The notes under the pieces are model-generated. The model saw only the letters and a list, made by a program, of their open reading frames with translations, was not told where the DNA came from and did not search any database. Position numbers and translations under genes: made by a program. DNA of 60,495 nucleotides, taken from Mesotaenium endlicherianum. Its lineage: Eukaryota. Numbering within the stretch: position 1 is the stretch's first letter; every line of letters starts with the position of its first letter. Location of the stretch: the NCBI GenBank assembly GCA_009602735.1, contig WELA01001563.1, forward strand, positions 24,867 through 85,361, given 5' to 3'. Shown in pieces: positions 38,834 through 51,316 of this stretch.

Positions 38834-41800
38834 TCAATTTTTCCTCTTTCTTGTTCTTGCAGGCTGCCTCCAAGGGGTCTTCTGCTGCTTCTTGATGGTG
38901 GCAGGCTGCCTCCCTGAAGTCTTCGGGCTTCTAGTAGAGAGACTTGGGGCTGGTCCAAGATGGGGGTTGGCGGCATGGAAGCGCTTCAACTTTCTCTGAA
39001 CTTTGTCAAGGTAGTGCGCCGCCACCCAACTATTCTCCGAATCTGGATATCCTTTCCACTTGATCAAGTATTGCTGCTGTCTCCTGAAATTTCTCATAGC
39101 CACTATGTCTTCCACTTCGTACTCCAAATGATCATCCACTATTGTTGGGGCTGGTGGGGTTGTCACACGTCCTGGGAACTTGTTGTCGGGTTGCACATAT
39201 GGCTTGAAGAGGGAAGCGTGGAATACGGGGTCGATGTGCATAGTCTGGGGAAGTTCTAGCTTGAAAGCAACGGGGTTGACTTGCTGGATAATCTTGAAGG
39301 GTCCCAAATACTTGGGAGAGAACTTGCTGCCGGCAGGCCTGTTGTTCAGGGAAATGTTCTTGGATGATAGTAACACGTTGTCACCCACTCTGTACGTAAT
39401 TTCTCTTCTGGATCTGTTCGCCACTCTTGCTTGAGCATCTTGCGCGTGTTGTAGAGCTTTCTTCGCTGCTGTAAGGGCTGCTTCTAATGTCTCCATAAAA
39501 TCTGTGGCTGCAGGTACTTCATCATGGCCAGCCGTGAAGCTCAGTGGCGTGGTCGGATGGAAGCCATAGTTGAGGAAGAATGGGGACTCTTGGGTAGAGG
39601 CCTGCGTAGTGTTGTTGTAGGCAAACTCGAGGGGGGTCAAGTACATGTCCCAGTCTTGCTCGAGGGTAGACACGTAGGCCTTTAGAGAGGTCTTTAGGGT
39701 ACGATTCATACGCTCGGTTTGCCCATCTGATTGTGGGTGGTAGGCAGTAGACATATCCAGCGATGTACCCAAGTTCTTGAAGAGATTTTTCCAGAAATGG
39801 CTTGTGAATCTTGGATCTCTATCTGACACAATTCTTGATGGTAGTCCATGGAGTCGGAAGATGTTGTCAAAGATGAGTCTTGCAAGTTGTGGTGCTGTAG
39901 CCTTAGTCGTCGTGGGAATAAAATGAGCCATCTTGGTAAGTCTGTCCACCACCGTGAGTATTGCATTATGGCCTCGAGGTGTCACGGGCAAGTCCACGAT
40001 AAGGTCCATTGAGATGTCCGTCCATTGTCTTTCGGGGATTGGTAGTGGTTGGAGGAGTCCTCCCGCCTTTTGCGATGATGGCTTGATTCTTTGGCATGTG
40101 TCACAGCTCCTGCAGTACTCCTTGACTTGCTTAGACATGCCTGGCCAACAATAAGTCCTAGCTAGAACGCCCGTGGTCCTTAGGATTCCAAAGTGTCCTC
40201 CAAGAGGGTTGTCGTGTGCTTCTCGTAGAAGCAAGAGCCGGAGGTCTAAGTCATTAGGAACACATCTCTGGCCCGTATCTTGCCTCACCCAATAATTGCC
40301 TTCTTGCTTCTTGCATGGGTCCAAGGCTGCTTCTCCGTTCTTGTAGTAAGGGTCTCTTTCATAGGCGGCTGAAAATCGAGCTTCCAGATCTGTCTTCAGG
40401 GATACCATCACTGCATTTAATTGCAGTCTTGAGAGGGGGTCAGCCGGGTTTGTCTTGCCGGGCTGGTACTGAATCGTGATGTTGTATTGTTGCAAGTATC
40501 CGCTCCATCTTGCTTGTCTCCTTGAGAGATACGGCTGCGTCTGGAGGTGCTTTAACGCCTCGTGGTCCGTGGTGACCAGTACTTTGCGTCCTTCAACGTA
40601 GCAGCGCCAAACCTTCAAGGCATGTACAATCGCCAATGCCTCTCGCTCCGTGGTTGTATAATTTTGCTCGGCTGGATTTAGCTTCCTTGACTCGTAGGCG
40701 ATGGGCTGCAGTCCCTTGCCTTGGTCTTGAAGCAGGATTGCTCCTATTGCATAGGAAGATGCATCGGTGATGACGTGGAAGGGCCAATCTGGGTTTGGAC
40801 TTGGGAGTGTGAGCACCGGGGATGTGGTCAATCTTCGCTTTAACTCTTGAAATGCCTCTTCCTCTTTCTCGGTCCATGTATATAGCCTGTCCTTCTTGAG
40901 TAGATCTGTCAGGGGGGCTGCTATGTGCGAGAAGCCTTGGATGAATTTTCTGTACCAATTGGCAAATCCCAAGAATGACTGGAGTTCTTTCTTGGTCGTG
41001 GGGGTTGGCCATTCCTCCACCACCGTGGTCTTCTTGGGGTCTATCTTGATGCCATCAGCAGTCACGTGGAGACCTAGGAACTCCACTTCTTGTTTGGCAA
41101 ACTCGCATTTTGACTCCTTCGCAAACAGCTTGTTTTGCTTCAATACTTCAAGGACTTCTTTCAAGTGTCTCGCATGCTCTTCAAGGGTCTTGCTGTAGAT
41201 AAGGATGTCATCGATGAATACCACCACAAATCTGTCCAACATGGGCTGAAATATGGTGTTCATCATAGTCATGAAAGTTGCTGGCGCGTTGGTGAGTCCA
41301 AATGGCAGGACCATGAACTCAAAATGTCCATATCTTGTCCTGAATGCCGTCTTCTCTATGTCCGGTTCTGCGATGCGAATCTGGTGGTAGCCGCTCCGTA
41401 AGTCAATCTTCGTGAAGTACTTGGCTCCAACCAGCCGGTCCATGAGCTCATCCATGCGCGGCAGCGGGTATCGATTCTTGATGGTGATCTTGTTGAGGGC
41501 GCGATAGTCCACACACATCCTCAAGGTACCATCTTTCTTCTTGACAAATAGCACCGGGGCTCCAAATGGCGACTTGCTAGGTCGAATGAAGCCATGCTCC
41601 AGTAGCTCCTTGATTTGCTTCTTGACTTCGTCTAGCTCCGTGTATGACATTTTGAACGTAGGCCGAGAGATGGGCTTGCTTCCGGGCTCCAACTCTATCT
41701 TGTGGTCTACGAATCTTTTGGGGGGTAGGCCCTTGGGCAATTCCGGGGAGAACACTTCTTTGTAGTCCTCAAAGACTTCTTGTATCTCCTTGGGAACGGG

Positions 41801-42442
41801 GCTGCCTTCTTGACTCTCGATGTCTTTCTTGATGTCTTTTGGCGTGATCAAGGCCAAAAGAAGCTCGTGTCCCTTCCTCACAAGTCTCTTGAGTTGGAGG
41901 GCGGACAATAGTATCTCGTGTGCCGGCTTCTGGATGTCTTGGGTCTGGATATTCTGGATTGCGCGCAAAATACAGATTCTTGAAGTGATGTCATTCTTGA
42001 TCTTGATAGTACCGGTCCTCCAATCAACTTGGGGGTTGTGCTTGGTCAACCAAGGCGTCCCTAGGATGACGTCGTACTTGCCCAATTGCATGGGGGAGAA
42101 CACTACTCTATCCTTGAAGGACTTGATAGAGAGTGCCAAGGGGTACGTCTTCTTGGAAGGGGTAGTATAGGAGAATCCATCGGGCATCATAATCTCCTCG
42201 TCGTGGTCAAGAGTTCGCATAGTAATACCGTGCTTGGTGGCAAAATCTGCAGCAATGAAGTTGCCTTGAGCTCCGCTATCCACCAAGATGTGGACCTTCT
42301 CTCCTCCAAGGTAACCTCTCAAACTCATTGGGGCTGGAACGTCGTCTTCAACGGGGGTCTCCACCTCACTTGGCGTGTTGCCTTCTCGTGAAGTGGGTCT
42401 TGGGGTGGTAGGCTCCTGGCCTACCGGCGCTGTCCGTTTTTT
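38834..42442 (-). CDS. pol: Copy 2 Pol polyprotein (PR-RT-RNaseH-INT-chromodomain), intact, probably expressed by -1 frameshift from gag
   Basis: Uninterrupted 1221-codon ORF: LVDSGA protease, FIDD RT, TDAS RNase H, H-x6-H...CDTC plus D,D,E integrase, GPF motif, chromodomain. Confidence 0.97.
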   Translation of the reverse strand, partial: KKRTAPVGQEPTTPRPTSREGNTPSEVETPVEDDVPAPMSLRGYLGGEKVHILVDSGAQGNFIAADFATKHGITMRTLDHDEEIMMPDGFSYTTPSKKTYPLALSIKSFKDRVVFSPMQLGKYDVILGTPWLTKHNPQVDWRTGTIKIKNDITSRICILRAIQNIQTQDIQKPAHEILLSALQLKRLVRKGHELLLALITPKDIKKDIESQEGSPVPKEIQEVFEDYKEVFSPELPKGLPPKRFVDHKIELEPGSKPISRPTFKMSYTELDEVKKQIKELLEHGFIRPSKSPFGAPVLFVKKKDGTLRMCVDYRALNKITIKNRYPLPRMDELMDRLVGAKYFTKIDLRSGYHQIRIAEPDIEKTAFRTRYGHFEFMVLPFGLTNAPATFMTMMNTIFQPMLDRFVVVFIDDILIYSKTLEEHARHLKEVLEVLKQNKLFAKESKCEFAKQEVEFLGLHVTADGIKIDPKKTTVVEEWPTPTTKKELQSFLGFANWYRKFIQGFSHIAAPLTDLLKKDRLYTWTEKEEEAFQELKRRLTTSPVLTLPSPNPDWPFHVITDASSYAIGAILLQDQGKGLQPIAYESRKLNPAEQNYTTTEREALAIVHALKVWRCYVEGRKVLVTTDHEALKHLQTQPYLSRRQARWSGYLQQYNITIQYQPGKTNPADPLSRLQLNAVMVSLKTDLEARFSAAYERDPYYKNGEAALDPCKKQEGNYWVRQDTGQRCVPNDLDLRLLLLREAHDNPLGGHFGILRTTGVLARTYCWPGMSKQVKEYCRSCDTCQRIKPSSQKAGGLLQPLPIPERQWTDISMDLIVDLPVTPRGHNAILTVVDRLTKMAHFIPTTTKATAPQLARLIFDNIFRLHGLPSRIVSDRDPRFTSHFWKNLFKNLGTSLDMSTAYHPQSDGQTERMNRTLKTSLKAYVSTLEQDWDMYLTPLEFAYNNTTQASTQESPFFLNYGFHPTTPLSFTAGHDEVPAATDFMETLEAALTAAKKALQHAQDAQARVANRSRREITYRVGDNVLLSSKNISLNNRPAGSKFSPKYLGPFKIIQQVNPVAFKLELPQTMHIDPVFHASLFKPYVQPDNKFPGRVTTPPAPTIVDDHLEYEVEDIVAMRNFRRQQQYLIKWKGYPDSENSWVAAHYLDKVQRKLKRFHAANPHLGPAPSLSTRSPKTSGRQPATIKKQQKTPWRQPARTRKRKN
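42407..42442 (-). promoter_or_regulatory. Putative -1 programmed ribosomal frameshift signal (also 50022-50057)
   Basis: A AAA AAC heptamer in gag phase (42442-42436), followed after 10 nt by a perfect 7-bp hairpin GGTAGGC-CAGGA-GCCTACC; pol is in the -1 frame. Confidence 0.8.
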
Positions 42443-43701
42443 GACAACTTTTTGGGGCATGAAAGTGCACGATGGCCCTTTTCCTTGCAATAGAAGCATA
42501 GTCCAGCCGTCATGAGAGCTTCTTTTTCAGCCGGGGAGAGTCTTGCTTTCACTCCTTGCTGGTTTCTTGCATCATAAGTGTCATTGGAGGGTCTTCCACT
42601 CTTCCGGGCAGCCGCGGGGTCCCTTTTAATAACTCCGATTTCCATGGGTGTGGGTCCAGATTCGGATGTGGAAGGGGCTGCGTACACCCGCGTCGTCGGT
42701 ACCCGTGAAGATGAAGGCACGGAGTGCTTGAAATCCAAGGTATCCACCTTTTGGGCCACTTCAATGATCTTTGAGAAGTCCGTCAAGTCGCGTAACTCCA
42801 CTTCCTTTGCCACCTTGGGTTTGAGGCCAAAGATGTAACGGTCAATCTTCTCCTCGAGAGACATGTTGGGGATCTCAAGAGTGAGGGCGTGAAATCTGGA
42901 TGTATACTCTTGAACGGACGTCGTTTGCTTGAGATGGTGGAGCTTTCCTCGGGCAATCTTCTCCGCATTGATGGGCATGAATTGCTTCTTGAGGGCCTCA
43001 CGAAAATCTGCCCATCTTGCATATGATGGTGGGGGCTCTTGGCCGAGCATGGGGTGCGCCATAGCTTGATATATAGCCGCTTGATAGTTACGCCACCATG
43101 ATGTTGCTGCTCCTCTAAGTAAGGTAACGGCAAAGGGAACGTAGTCCTCCTCGGGTACTTCAAGGAACGCGAGGTACGTCTCCACTTGGTAGAGCCATAA
43201 ATTCAGGTTGGCACCTTTCCCGGGGTTGAAAGTGTCGGGTTTGCCGGGCTTGATGAGTTTCCTTGCTCTCGTTGGCTCTTGTGGAGGCGCTTGAGCCGGG
43301 GCTGGATTTTGAGCATTGCTCGCAATAGGGGCAACCATGGCAGCCATAGCTTCTCTTGACGCTTGCACGGTTGCTTCATAGGTGGCCAAGCCCACTTGGT
43401 TGTGGACGGTCATTAGGAAGGCTGCCCACTCATTTGCGGGAACTCCTTGTGGTGGGGTCAACTTTGCTATAGCGGCTGCCACGGGATTTGACGGTGCTCC
43501 TCCTTGTGGTGCTTCTTGTTGTTGCAGATTTCCTTGAGTAGGCTCTCCCATCGACGCTGGAGGAGGGTGTGCTCCTCCTTGTGGTGCTTCTTGTTGTTGC
43601 AGATTTTCTTGAGTGGGCTCTCCCATCGGCGCTGGAGGAGGGTGTCTTGGAGAGGAAGGGCTTCCTTCGAAAGCTTGCTGTTGGTCTTGAGGATCGGCCA
43701 T
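42421..43701 (-). CDS. gag: Copy 2 Gag (426 aa) with CCHC zinc knuckle
   Basis: Retrotransposon gag core [55 protein letters not shown]. Confidence 0.96.
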   Translation of the reverse strand: MADPQDQQQAFEGSPSSPRHPPPAPMGEPTQENLQQQEAPQGGAHPPPASMGEPTQGNLQQQEAPQGGAPSNPVAAAIAKLTPPQGVPANEWAAFLMTVHNQVGLATYEATVQASREAMAAMVAPIASNAQNPAPAQAPPQEPTRARKLIKPGKPDTFNPGKGANLNLWLYQVETYLAFLEVPEEDYVPFAVTLLRGAATSWWRNYQAAIYQAMAHPMLGQEPPPSYARWADFREALKKQFMPINAEKIARGKLHHLKQTTSVQEYTSRFHALTLEIPNMSLEEKIDRYIFGLKPKVAKEVELRDLTDFSKIIEVAQKVDTLDFKHSVPSSSRVPTTRVYAAPSTSESGPTPMEIGVIKRDPAAARKSGRPSNDTYDARNQQGVKARLSPAEKEALMTAGLCFYCKEKGHRALSCPKKLSKNGQRR

Positions 43702-43721
43702 CTTCTTGTGCTACCAAAGTG

Positions 43722-43737
43722 CCTAGCTCCGATACCA
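43722..43737 (-). promoter_or_regulatory. Primer binding site, tRNA-iMet-like
   Basis: TGGTATCGGAGCTAGG lies 1 nt inside the 5' LTR boundary and resembles the plant iMet PBS TGGTATCAGAGC; copy 3 has TGG>CGG. Confidence 0.8.
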
Positions 43738-45010
43738 CTGTAGTGAAACAGATAGATAAAGTACTTAGTAAAACAGAATACTTTATCTATTCAAGACAAG
43801 GATCTTTGAACACAAGTGGTAGCTTCTTGAAAGAGAGATGGCTTCTTGAAAGTTAATATATTTCTGGATTTTGGCAAGTACAAGAGTGATTCTGGAATGT
43901 CTTTCTATGTTCTAGCTCTTGTTTATATACTTGCTACATAAGTAATTTCTAGGAAGGTGTATGTTGATGTGTTGGCACCCAACACATCCCAAAACTTGCC
44001 ACCTCTTTCTAGAATAATGTACACATGTCCTTTTGACCTAAAAATGGCACATCTGACTTTTGCCACATGGAGTTCTTCTAGGTCTTTCCTCTAACTTCGA
44101 AAATGCCTTGGAAGGTTCAAAGGACATGAACCAAGTTACTAGAGTACCTATTCACACTTGACTCCACACAATACTACTCCAAATATATTTGAAAACATTA
44201 AAATATATGCAAACTAATATATAATAACTCAAATCACTACATCACCCCCCCGATAGAAAAAGCGACGTCTCGGCGCGTCAAGTCAGGTCTTACACATGTG
44301 GAGCAAACTAGTCAACAGTTTCAAGTCAGATGCCACACATGTGAAGAGGACTAGTCAAAGGCGCCAAGTCAGGTGCTACACATGTAAGGTAGACTAGGCA
44401 AGGTCGTAGGTGGTGTGACCTTATTGGCTAGCCTACTCCTTAATGATAAAGAAAATTGTACAAGTTGGCCCAGAATCTGCCACGAACTCAAAAATTCATA
44501 GCGGCCACAGAACTGCTCCAAATCTGAAAATTCGAGTGCCAGACGGACCGCGTCGGAGAACTCTACCGGGTCACCAAATTTGAGAGCATTCTCATTTCTG
44601 GAGTGTCGTTGAGAGCTGAGAGAGTAGGCACTCCTCCAAATCTGTGCAGAAACTTCTGAAAATCATAAGTCCTTCTATACTTCTCCAAATTCTGCAAACT
44701 AAGTCTCAAACTGGGCGCTGTAAGATGTTCTACCAGAGTCTTGAGTTTCAGAGCATTCCAAGTTCAGGGGAAGGCACAATGTCAGAAGGCATATTCTGTC
44801 CTAACAATGCCAGCAGGCTGACCCCCTTCTACTTAGAGCATCATATCTCTCTCACCAGTGCTCCAAATTGAGCAAACTTGGACTCTAAATGACCGGCTAC
44901 TCATGGACTTCAGCCAGGTAAATTTTCAGAATTTATTATGCAGAGACCTATTACCAGTAGCAGTTTTAGTTTTCTGTCCAGAAACTGCGAGAAGAGAAGA
45001 GTGTCTAATG

Positions 45011-48000
45011 TCAATTTTTCCTCTTTCTTGTTCTTGCAGGCTGCCTCCAAGGGGTCTTCTGCTGCTTCTTGATGGTGGCAGGCTGCCTCCCTGAAGTCTT
45101 CGGGCTTCTAGTAGAGAGACTTGGGGCTGGTCCAAGATGGGGGTTGGCGGCATGGAAGCGCTTCAACTTTCTCTGAACTTTGTCAAGGTAGTGCGCCGCC
45201 ACCCAACTATTCTCCGAATCTGGATATCCTTTCCACTTGATCAAGTATTGCTGCTGTCTCCTGAAATTTCTCATAGCCACTATGTCTTCCACTTCGTACT
45301 CCAAATGATCATCCACTATTGTTGGGGCTGGTGGGGTTGTCACACGTCCTGGGAACTTGTTGTCGGGTTGCACATATGGCTTGAAGAGGGAAGCGTGGAA
45401 TACGGGGTCGATGTGCATAGTCTGGGGAAGTTCTAGCTTGAAAGCAACGGGGTTGACTTGCTGGATAATCTTGAAGGGTCCCAAATACTTGGGAGAGAAC
45501 TTGCTGCCGGCAGGCCTGTTGTTCAGGGAAATGTTCTTGGATGATAGTAACACGTTGTCACCCACTCTGTACGTAATTTCTCTTCTGGATCTGTTCGCCA
45601 CTCTTGCTTGAGCATCTTGCGCGTGTTGTAGAGCTTTCTTCGCTGCTGTAAGGGCTGCTTCTAATGTCTCCATAAAATCTGTGGCTGCAGGTACTTCATC
45701 ATGGCCAGCCGTGAAGCTCAGTGGCGTGGTCGGATGGAAGCCATAGTTGAGGAAGAATGGGGACTCTTGGGTAGAGGCCTGCGTAGTGTTGTTGTAGGCA
45801 AACTCCAAGGGGGTCAAGTACATGTCCCAGTCTTGCTCCAGGATAGCAACGTAGGCTTTTAGAGAAGTCTTTAGGGTACGATTTATACGCTCGATTTGCC
45901 CATCTGATTGTGGGTGGTAGGCAGTAGATATTTCCAACGATGTACCCAAGTTCTTGAAGAGATTTTTCCAATAATGGCTTGTGAATCTTGGATCTCTATC
46001 CGACACAATTCTTGATGGTAGTCCATGGAGTCGGAAGATGTTGTCAAAGATGAGTCTTGCAAGTTGTGGTGCTGTAGCCTCAGTCGTCGTGGGAATAAAA
46101 TGAGCCATCTTGGTAAGTCTGTCCACCACCATGAGTATTGCATTATGGCCTCGAGGTGTCACGGGCAGGTCCACGATAAGGTCCATTGAGATGTCCGTCC
46201 ATTGTCTTTCGGGGATTGGTAGTGGTTGGAAGAGTCCTCCCGTCTTTTGCGATGATGGCTTGATTCTTTGGCATGTGTCACAGCTCCTGCAGTACTCCTT
46301 GACTTGCTTAGACATGCCTAACCAACAATAAGTCCGGGCTAGAACGCCCGTGGTCTTTAGGATTCCAAAGTGTCCTCCAAGAGGGTTGTCGTGTGCTTCT
46401 CGTAGAAGCAAGAGTCGGAGGTCCAAGTCATTAGGAACACATCTCTGGCCCGTGTCTTGCCTCACCCAATCATTGCCTTCTTGCTTCTTGTATGGGTCCA
46501 AGACTGCTTTGCCGTTCTTGTAGTAAGGGTCTCTTTCATAGGCGGCTGAAAATCGAGCCTCCAGATCTGTCGTCGTCAGGGATGTCATGTAATGAATCAG
46601 TATATTGGTTGACATAATATTCATTTAAATAATATAGATAAATAAGTACAGCCTGCTGAACTCTAGTTAATGATCAGTCTGCTGGACTTTATATTTAATA
46701 TCAGTTTAATGACTCAGCCGGAAGCAGCAGGCTGATGTCAGCTTAAGTCAGCTTGCTGACACATTCTTTGACAGCCAGCTGACTTCCGCACTCGGTAGCA
46801 GCGAACTGCCTCGATATGCATCTAAGTGTGGTATGCTAGATGAATGGCCAAATGACATCCCTATAATGGATGGCGATTTGGGATGATGGGAGATGGCGGT
46901 GGATTTGGTTAACCGAGGTCCTACCAACGTGGTTAACTCCCGGGTAGGCGGTGCCATCGCACTGGCCGTTGAACAGTAAACTCATTCCATGTACATATGC
47001 TAGGCATTGCTCTCGAGTTCGGCATTCGGAAACGAGGCCAACTCTCTTGTACAGCTTACTGAGAGAGATCTGAATCCAAGGCGAGAAGCCATTGATACGC
47101 ACTGTCTTCTAACCTTGCTTATGTATGAGTTTACTGATTTGCGTTATTGATGCTAGTTTACTCGCATTTGACTTACGAGTATTATTCACTGCTAGTGTGT
47201 TGTCCTTTGCCATTTAACCAGTTAACGAAAAATACCATAAAGATTACTCGCTGATATAAAGATCTTCATTAATTGTTAATCGCCTATTTAATAAGTCGAT
47301 TCTTTTCATGTCATCACTGCGTTTAATTGCAGTCTTGAGAGTGGGTCAGCCGGGTTTGTCTTGCCGGGCTGGTACTGAATCGTGATGTTGTGTTGTTGCA
47401 AGTATCCGCTCCATCTTGCTTGTCTCCTTGAGAGATACGGCTGCGTCTGGAGGTGCTTCAACGCTTCGTGGTCCGTAATGACCAGCACCTTGCGTCCTTC
47501 AACGTAGCAGCGCCAAACCTTCAAGGCATGAATAATCGCCAATGCCTCTCGCTCTATAGTTGTATAATTTTGCTCGGCTGGATTCAGCTTCCTTGACTCG
47601 TAGGCGATGGGCTGCAGTCCCTTGCCTTGGTCTTGAAGCAGGATTGCTCCTATTGCATAGGAAGATGCATCGGTGATGACGTGGAAGGGCCAATCTGGGT
47701 TTGGACTTGGGAGAGTGAGCACCGGGGATGTGGTCAATCTTCGTTTTAACTCTTGAAATGCCTCTTCCTCTTTCTTGATCCATGTATATAGCCTGTCCTT
47801 CTTGAGTAGATTTGTCAGGGGGGCTGCTATGTGCGAGAAGCTCTGGATGAATCTCGTGTACCAATTGGCAAATCCCAAGAATGATTGGAGTTCTTTCTTG
47901 GTCGTGGGGGTTGGCCATTCCTCCACCACCGTGGTCTTCTTGGGGTCCATCTTGATGCCATCAGCAGTCACGTAGAGACCGAGAAACTCCACTTCTTGTT

Positions 48001-50057
48001 TGGCAAACTTGCACTTTGACTCCTTTGCAAATAGCTTGTTTTGCTTCAATACTTCGAGGACTTCTTTCAAGTGTCTCGCATGCTCTTCAAGGGTCTTGCT
48101 GTCGATAAGGATGTCATTGATGAATACCACCACAAAGCTGTCCAACATGGGCTGAAATATGGTGTTCATCATAGTCATGAAAGTTGCTGGCGCGTTGGTG
48201 AGTCCAAATGGCAGGACCATGAACTCAAAATGTCCATATCTTGTCCTGAATGCCGTCTTCTCTATGTCCGGTTCTGCGATGCGAATCTGGTGGTAGCCGC
48301 TCCGTAAGTCAATCTTCGTGAAGTACTTGGCTCCAACCAGCCGGTCCATGAGCTCATCCATGCGCGGCAGCGGGTATCGATTCTTGATGGTGATCTTGTT
48401 GAGGGCGCGATAGTCCACACACATCCTCAAGGTACCATCTTTCTTCTTGACAAATAGCACCGGGGCTCCAAACGGCGACTTGCTAGGTCGATTGAAGCCA
48501 TGCTCCAGTAGCTCCTTGATTTGCTTCTTGACTTCGTCTAGCTCCGTGTATGACATTTTGAACGTAGGTCAAGAGATGGGCTTGCTTCCGGGCTCCAACT
48601 CTATCTTGTGGTCCACGAACCTTTTGGGGGGTAAGCCCTTGGGCAATTCCGAGGAGAATACTTCTTTGTAGTCCTGCAAGACTTCTTGTATCTCCTTGGG
48701 AACGGGGCTGCCTCCTTGACTCTCGATGTCTTTCTTGATGTCTTTTGGCGTGATCAAGGCCAAAAGGAGCTCGTGTCCCTTCCTCACAAGTCTCTTGAGT
48801 TGGAGGGCGGACAATAGTATCTCGTGTGCCGGCTTCTCGATGTCTTGGGTCTGGATATTCTGGATTGCGCGCAAAATACAGGTTCTTGAAGTAATGTCAT
48901 TCTTGATCTTGATAGTACCGGTCCTCCAATCAACTTGGGGGTTGTGCTTGGTCAACCAAGGCGTCCCTAGGATGACNNNNNNNNNNCTGCGATGCGAATC
49001 TGGTGGTAGCCGCTCCGTAAGTCAATCTTCGTGAAGTACTTGGCTCCAACCAGCCGGTCCATGAGCTCATCCATGGCAGCGGGTATCGATTCTTGATGGT
49101 GATCTTGTCGAGGGCGCGATAGTCCACACACATCCTCAAGGTACCATTTTTCTTCTTGACAAATAGCACCGGGGCTCCAAACGGCGACTTGCTAGGTCGA
49201 TTGAAGCCATGCTCCAGTAGCTCCTTGATTTGCTTCTTGACTTCGTCTAGCTCCGTGTATGACATTTTGAACGTAGGTCAAGAGATGGGCTTGCTTCCGG
49301 GCTCCAACTCTATCTTGTGGTCCACGAACCTTTTGGGGGGTAAGCCCTTGGGCAATTCCGAGGAGAATACTTCTTTGTAGTCCTGCAAGACTTCTTGTAT
49401 CTCCTTGGGAACGGGGCTGCCTCCTTGACTCTCGATGTCTTTCTTGATGTCTTTTGGCGTGATCAAGGCCAAAAGGAGCTCGTGTCCCTTCCTCACAAGT
49501 CTCTTGAGTTGGAGGGCGGACAATAGTATCTCGTGTGCCGGCTTCTCGATGTCTTGGGTCTGGATATTCTGGATTGCGCGCAAAATACAGGTTCTTGAAG
49601 TAATGTCATTCTTGATCTTGATAGTACCGGTCCTCCAATCAACTTGGGGGTTGTGCTTGGTCAACCAAGGCGTCCCTAGGATGACGTCGCACTTGCCCAA
49701 TTGCATGGGGGAGAACACTACTCTATCCTTGAAGGACTTGATAGAGAGTGCCAAGGGGTACGTCTTCTTGGAAGGGGTAGTATAGGAGAATCCATCGGGC
49801 ATCATAATCTCCTCGTCGTGGTCAAGAGTCCGCATAGTAATACCGTGCTTGGTGGCAAAATCTGCAGCAATGAAGTTGCCTTGAGCTCCGCTATCCATCA
49901 AGATGTGGACCTTCTCTCCTCCAAGGTAACCTCTTAAACTCATCGGGGCTGGGGCGTCGTCTTCAACGGGGGTCTCCACCTCACTTGGCTTGTTGCCTTC
50001 TCGTGAAGTGGGTCTTGGGGTGGTAGGCTCCTGGCCTACCGGCGCTGTCCGTTTTTT
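45011..50057 (-). pseudogene. pol: Copy 3 pol, disrupted by a premature stop (KPIS*), a solo-LTR insertion and an apparent assembly duplication
   Basis: ORFs 45011-46624, 47306-48556, 48569-48955 and 49278-50114 all match copy 2 Pol. Confidence 0.92.
46588..47308. mobile_element. Solo LTR of a second family (721 bp) nested in copy 3 pol
   Basis: TGTAATGAATC...GATTCTTTTCA termini; 5-bp TSD TGTCA (46583-46587, 47309-47313); the empty site is seen in copies 1 and 2. Confidence 0.9.
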
Positions 50058-51316
50058 GACAACTTTTTGGGGCATGACAGTGCACGATGGCCCTTTTCCT
50101 TGCAATAAAAGCATAGTCCAGCCGTCATGAGAGCTTCTTTTTCAGCCGGGGAGAGTCTTGCTTTCACTCCTTGCTGGTTTCTTGCATCATAAGTGTCATT
50201 GGAGGGTCTTCCACTCTTCCGGGCAGCCGCGGGGTCCCTTTTAATAACTCCGATTTCCATGGGTGTGGGTCCAGATTCGGATGTGGAAGGGGCTGCGTAC
50301 ACCCGCGTCGTCGGTACCCGTGAAGATGAAGGCACGGAGTGCTTGAAATCCAAGGTATCCACCTTTTGGGCCACTTCAATGATCTTTGAGAAGTCCGTCA
50401 AGTCGCGTAACTCCACTTCCTTTGCCACCTTGGGTTTGAGGCCAAAGATGTAGCGGTCAATCTTCTCCTCGAGAGACATGTTGGGGATCTCAAGAGTGAG
50501 GGCGTGAAATCTGGATGTATACTCTTGAACGGACGTCGTTTGCTTGAGATGGTGGAGCTTTCCTCGGGCAATCTTCTCCGCATTGATGGGCATGAATTGC
50601 TTCTTGAGGGCCTCACGAAAATCTGCCCATGTTGCATATGATGGTGGGGGCTCTTGGCCGAGCATGGGGTGCGCCATAGCTTGATATATAGCCGCTTGAT
50701 AGTTACGCCACCATGATGTTGCTGCTCCTCTAAGTAAGGTAACGGCAAAGGGAACGTAGTCCTCCTCGGGTACTTCAAGGAACGCAAGGTACGTCTCTAC
50801 TTGGTAGAGCCACAGATTCAGTTTGGCTCCTCTCCCAGGATTGAAAGTGTCTGGTATGCTGGGCTTGATGAGTTTCCTTGCTCTTGTAGGCTCTTGTGGA
50901 GGCGCTTGAGCCGGAGCTGGATTTTGAGCGTTGCTCGCAATAGGGGCAACCATGGCAGCCATAGCTTCTCTTGACGCTTGCACGGTTGCTTCATAGGTGG
51001 CCAAGCCCACTTGGTTGTGGACGGTCATTAGGAAGGCTGCCCACTCATTTGCGGGAACTCCTTGTGGTGGGGTCAACTTTGCTATAGCGGCTGCCACGGG
51101 ATTTGACGGTGCTCCTCCTTGTGGTGCTTCTTGTTGTTGCAGATTTCCTTGAGTAGGCTCTCCCATCGGCGCTGGAGGAGGGTGTGCTCCTCCTTGTGGT
51201 GCTTCTTGTTGTTGCAGATTTTCATGAGTGGGCTCTCCCATCGGCGCTGGAGCAGGGTCTCTTGGAGAGGAAGGGCCTCCTTCGAAAGCTTGTTGTAGGT
51301 CTTGAGGATCGGCCAT
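50036..51316 (-). CDS. gag: Copy 3 Gag (426 aa), intact
   Basis: Near-identical to copy 2 Gag. Confidence 0.95.
   Translation of the reverse strand: MADPQDLQQAFEGGPSSPRDPAPAPMGEPTHENLQQQEAPQGGAHPPPAPMGEPTQGNLQQQEAPQGGAPSNPVAAAIAKLTPPQGVPANEWAAFLMTVHNQVGLATYEATVQASREAMAAMVAPIASNAQNPAPAQAPPQEPTRARKLIKPSIPDTFNPGRGAKLNLWLYQVETYLAFLEVPEEDYVPFAVTLLRGAATSWWRNYQAAIYQAMAHPMLGQEPPPSYATWADFREALKKQFMPINAEKIARGKLHHLKQTTSVQEYTSRFHALTLEIPNMSLEEKIDRYIFGLKPKVAKEVELRDLTDFSKIIEVAQKVDTLDFKHSVPSSSRVPTTRVYAAPSTSESGPTPMEIGVIKRDPAAARKSGRPSNDTYDARNQQGVKARLSPAEKEALMTAGLCFYCKEKGHRALSCPKKLSKNGQRR

Noticed and set aside
38960..39434. Plus-strand ORFs identical in all three retroelement copies
   Set aside because: Antisense shadows of pol; identity reflects recent copy descent, not independent selection.
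48288..49686. Apparent ~700-bp tandem duplication within copy 3 pol
   Set aside because: Near-identical copies meet at a 10-N gap (48977-48986), typical of unmerged contig overlap. The same pattern appears at 22534, 23929 and 51509.
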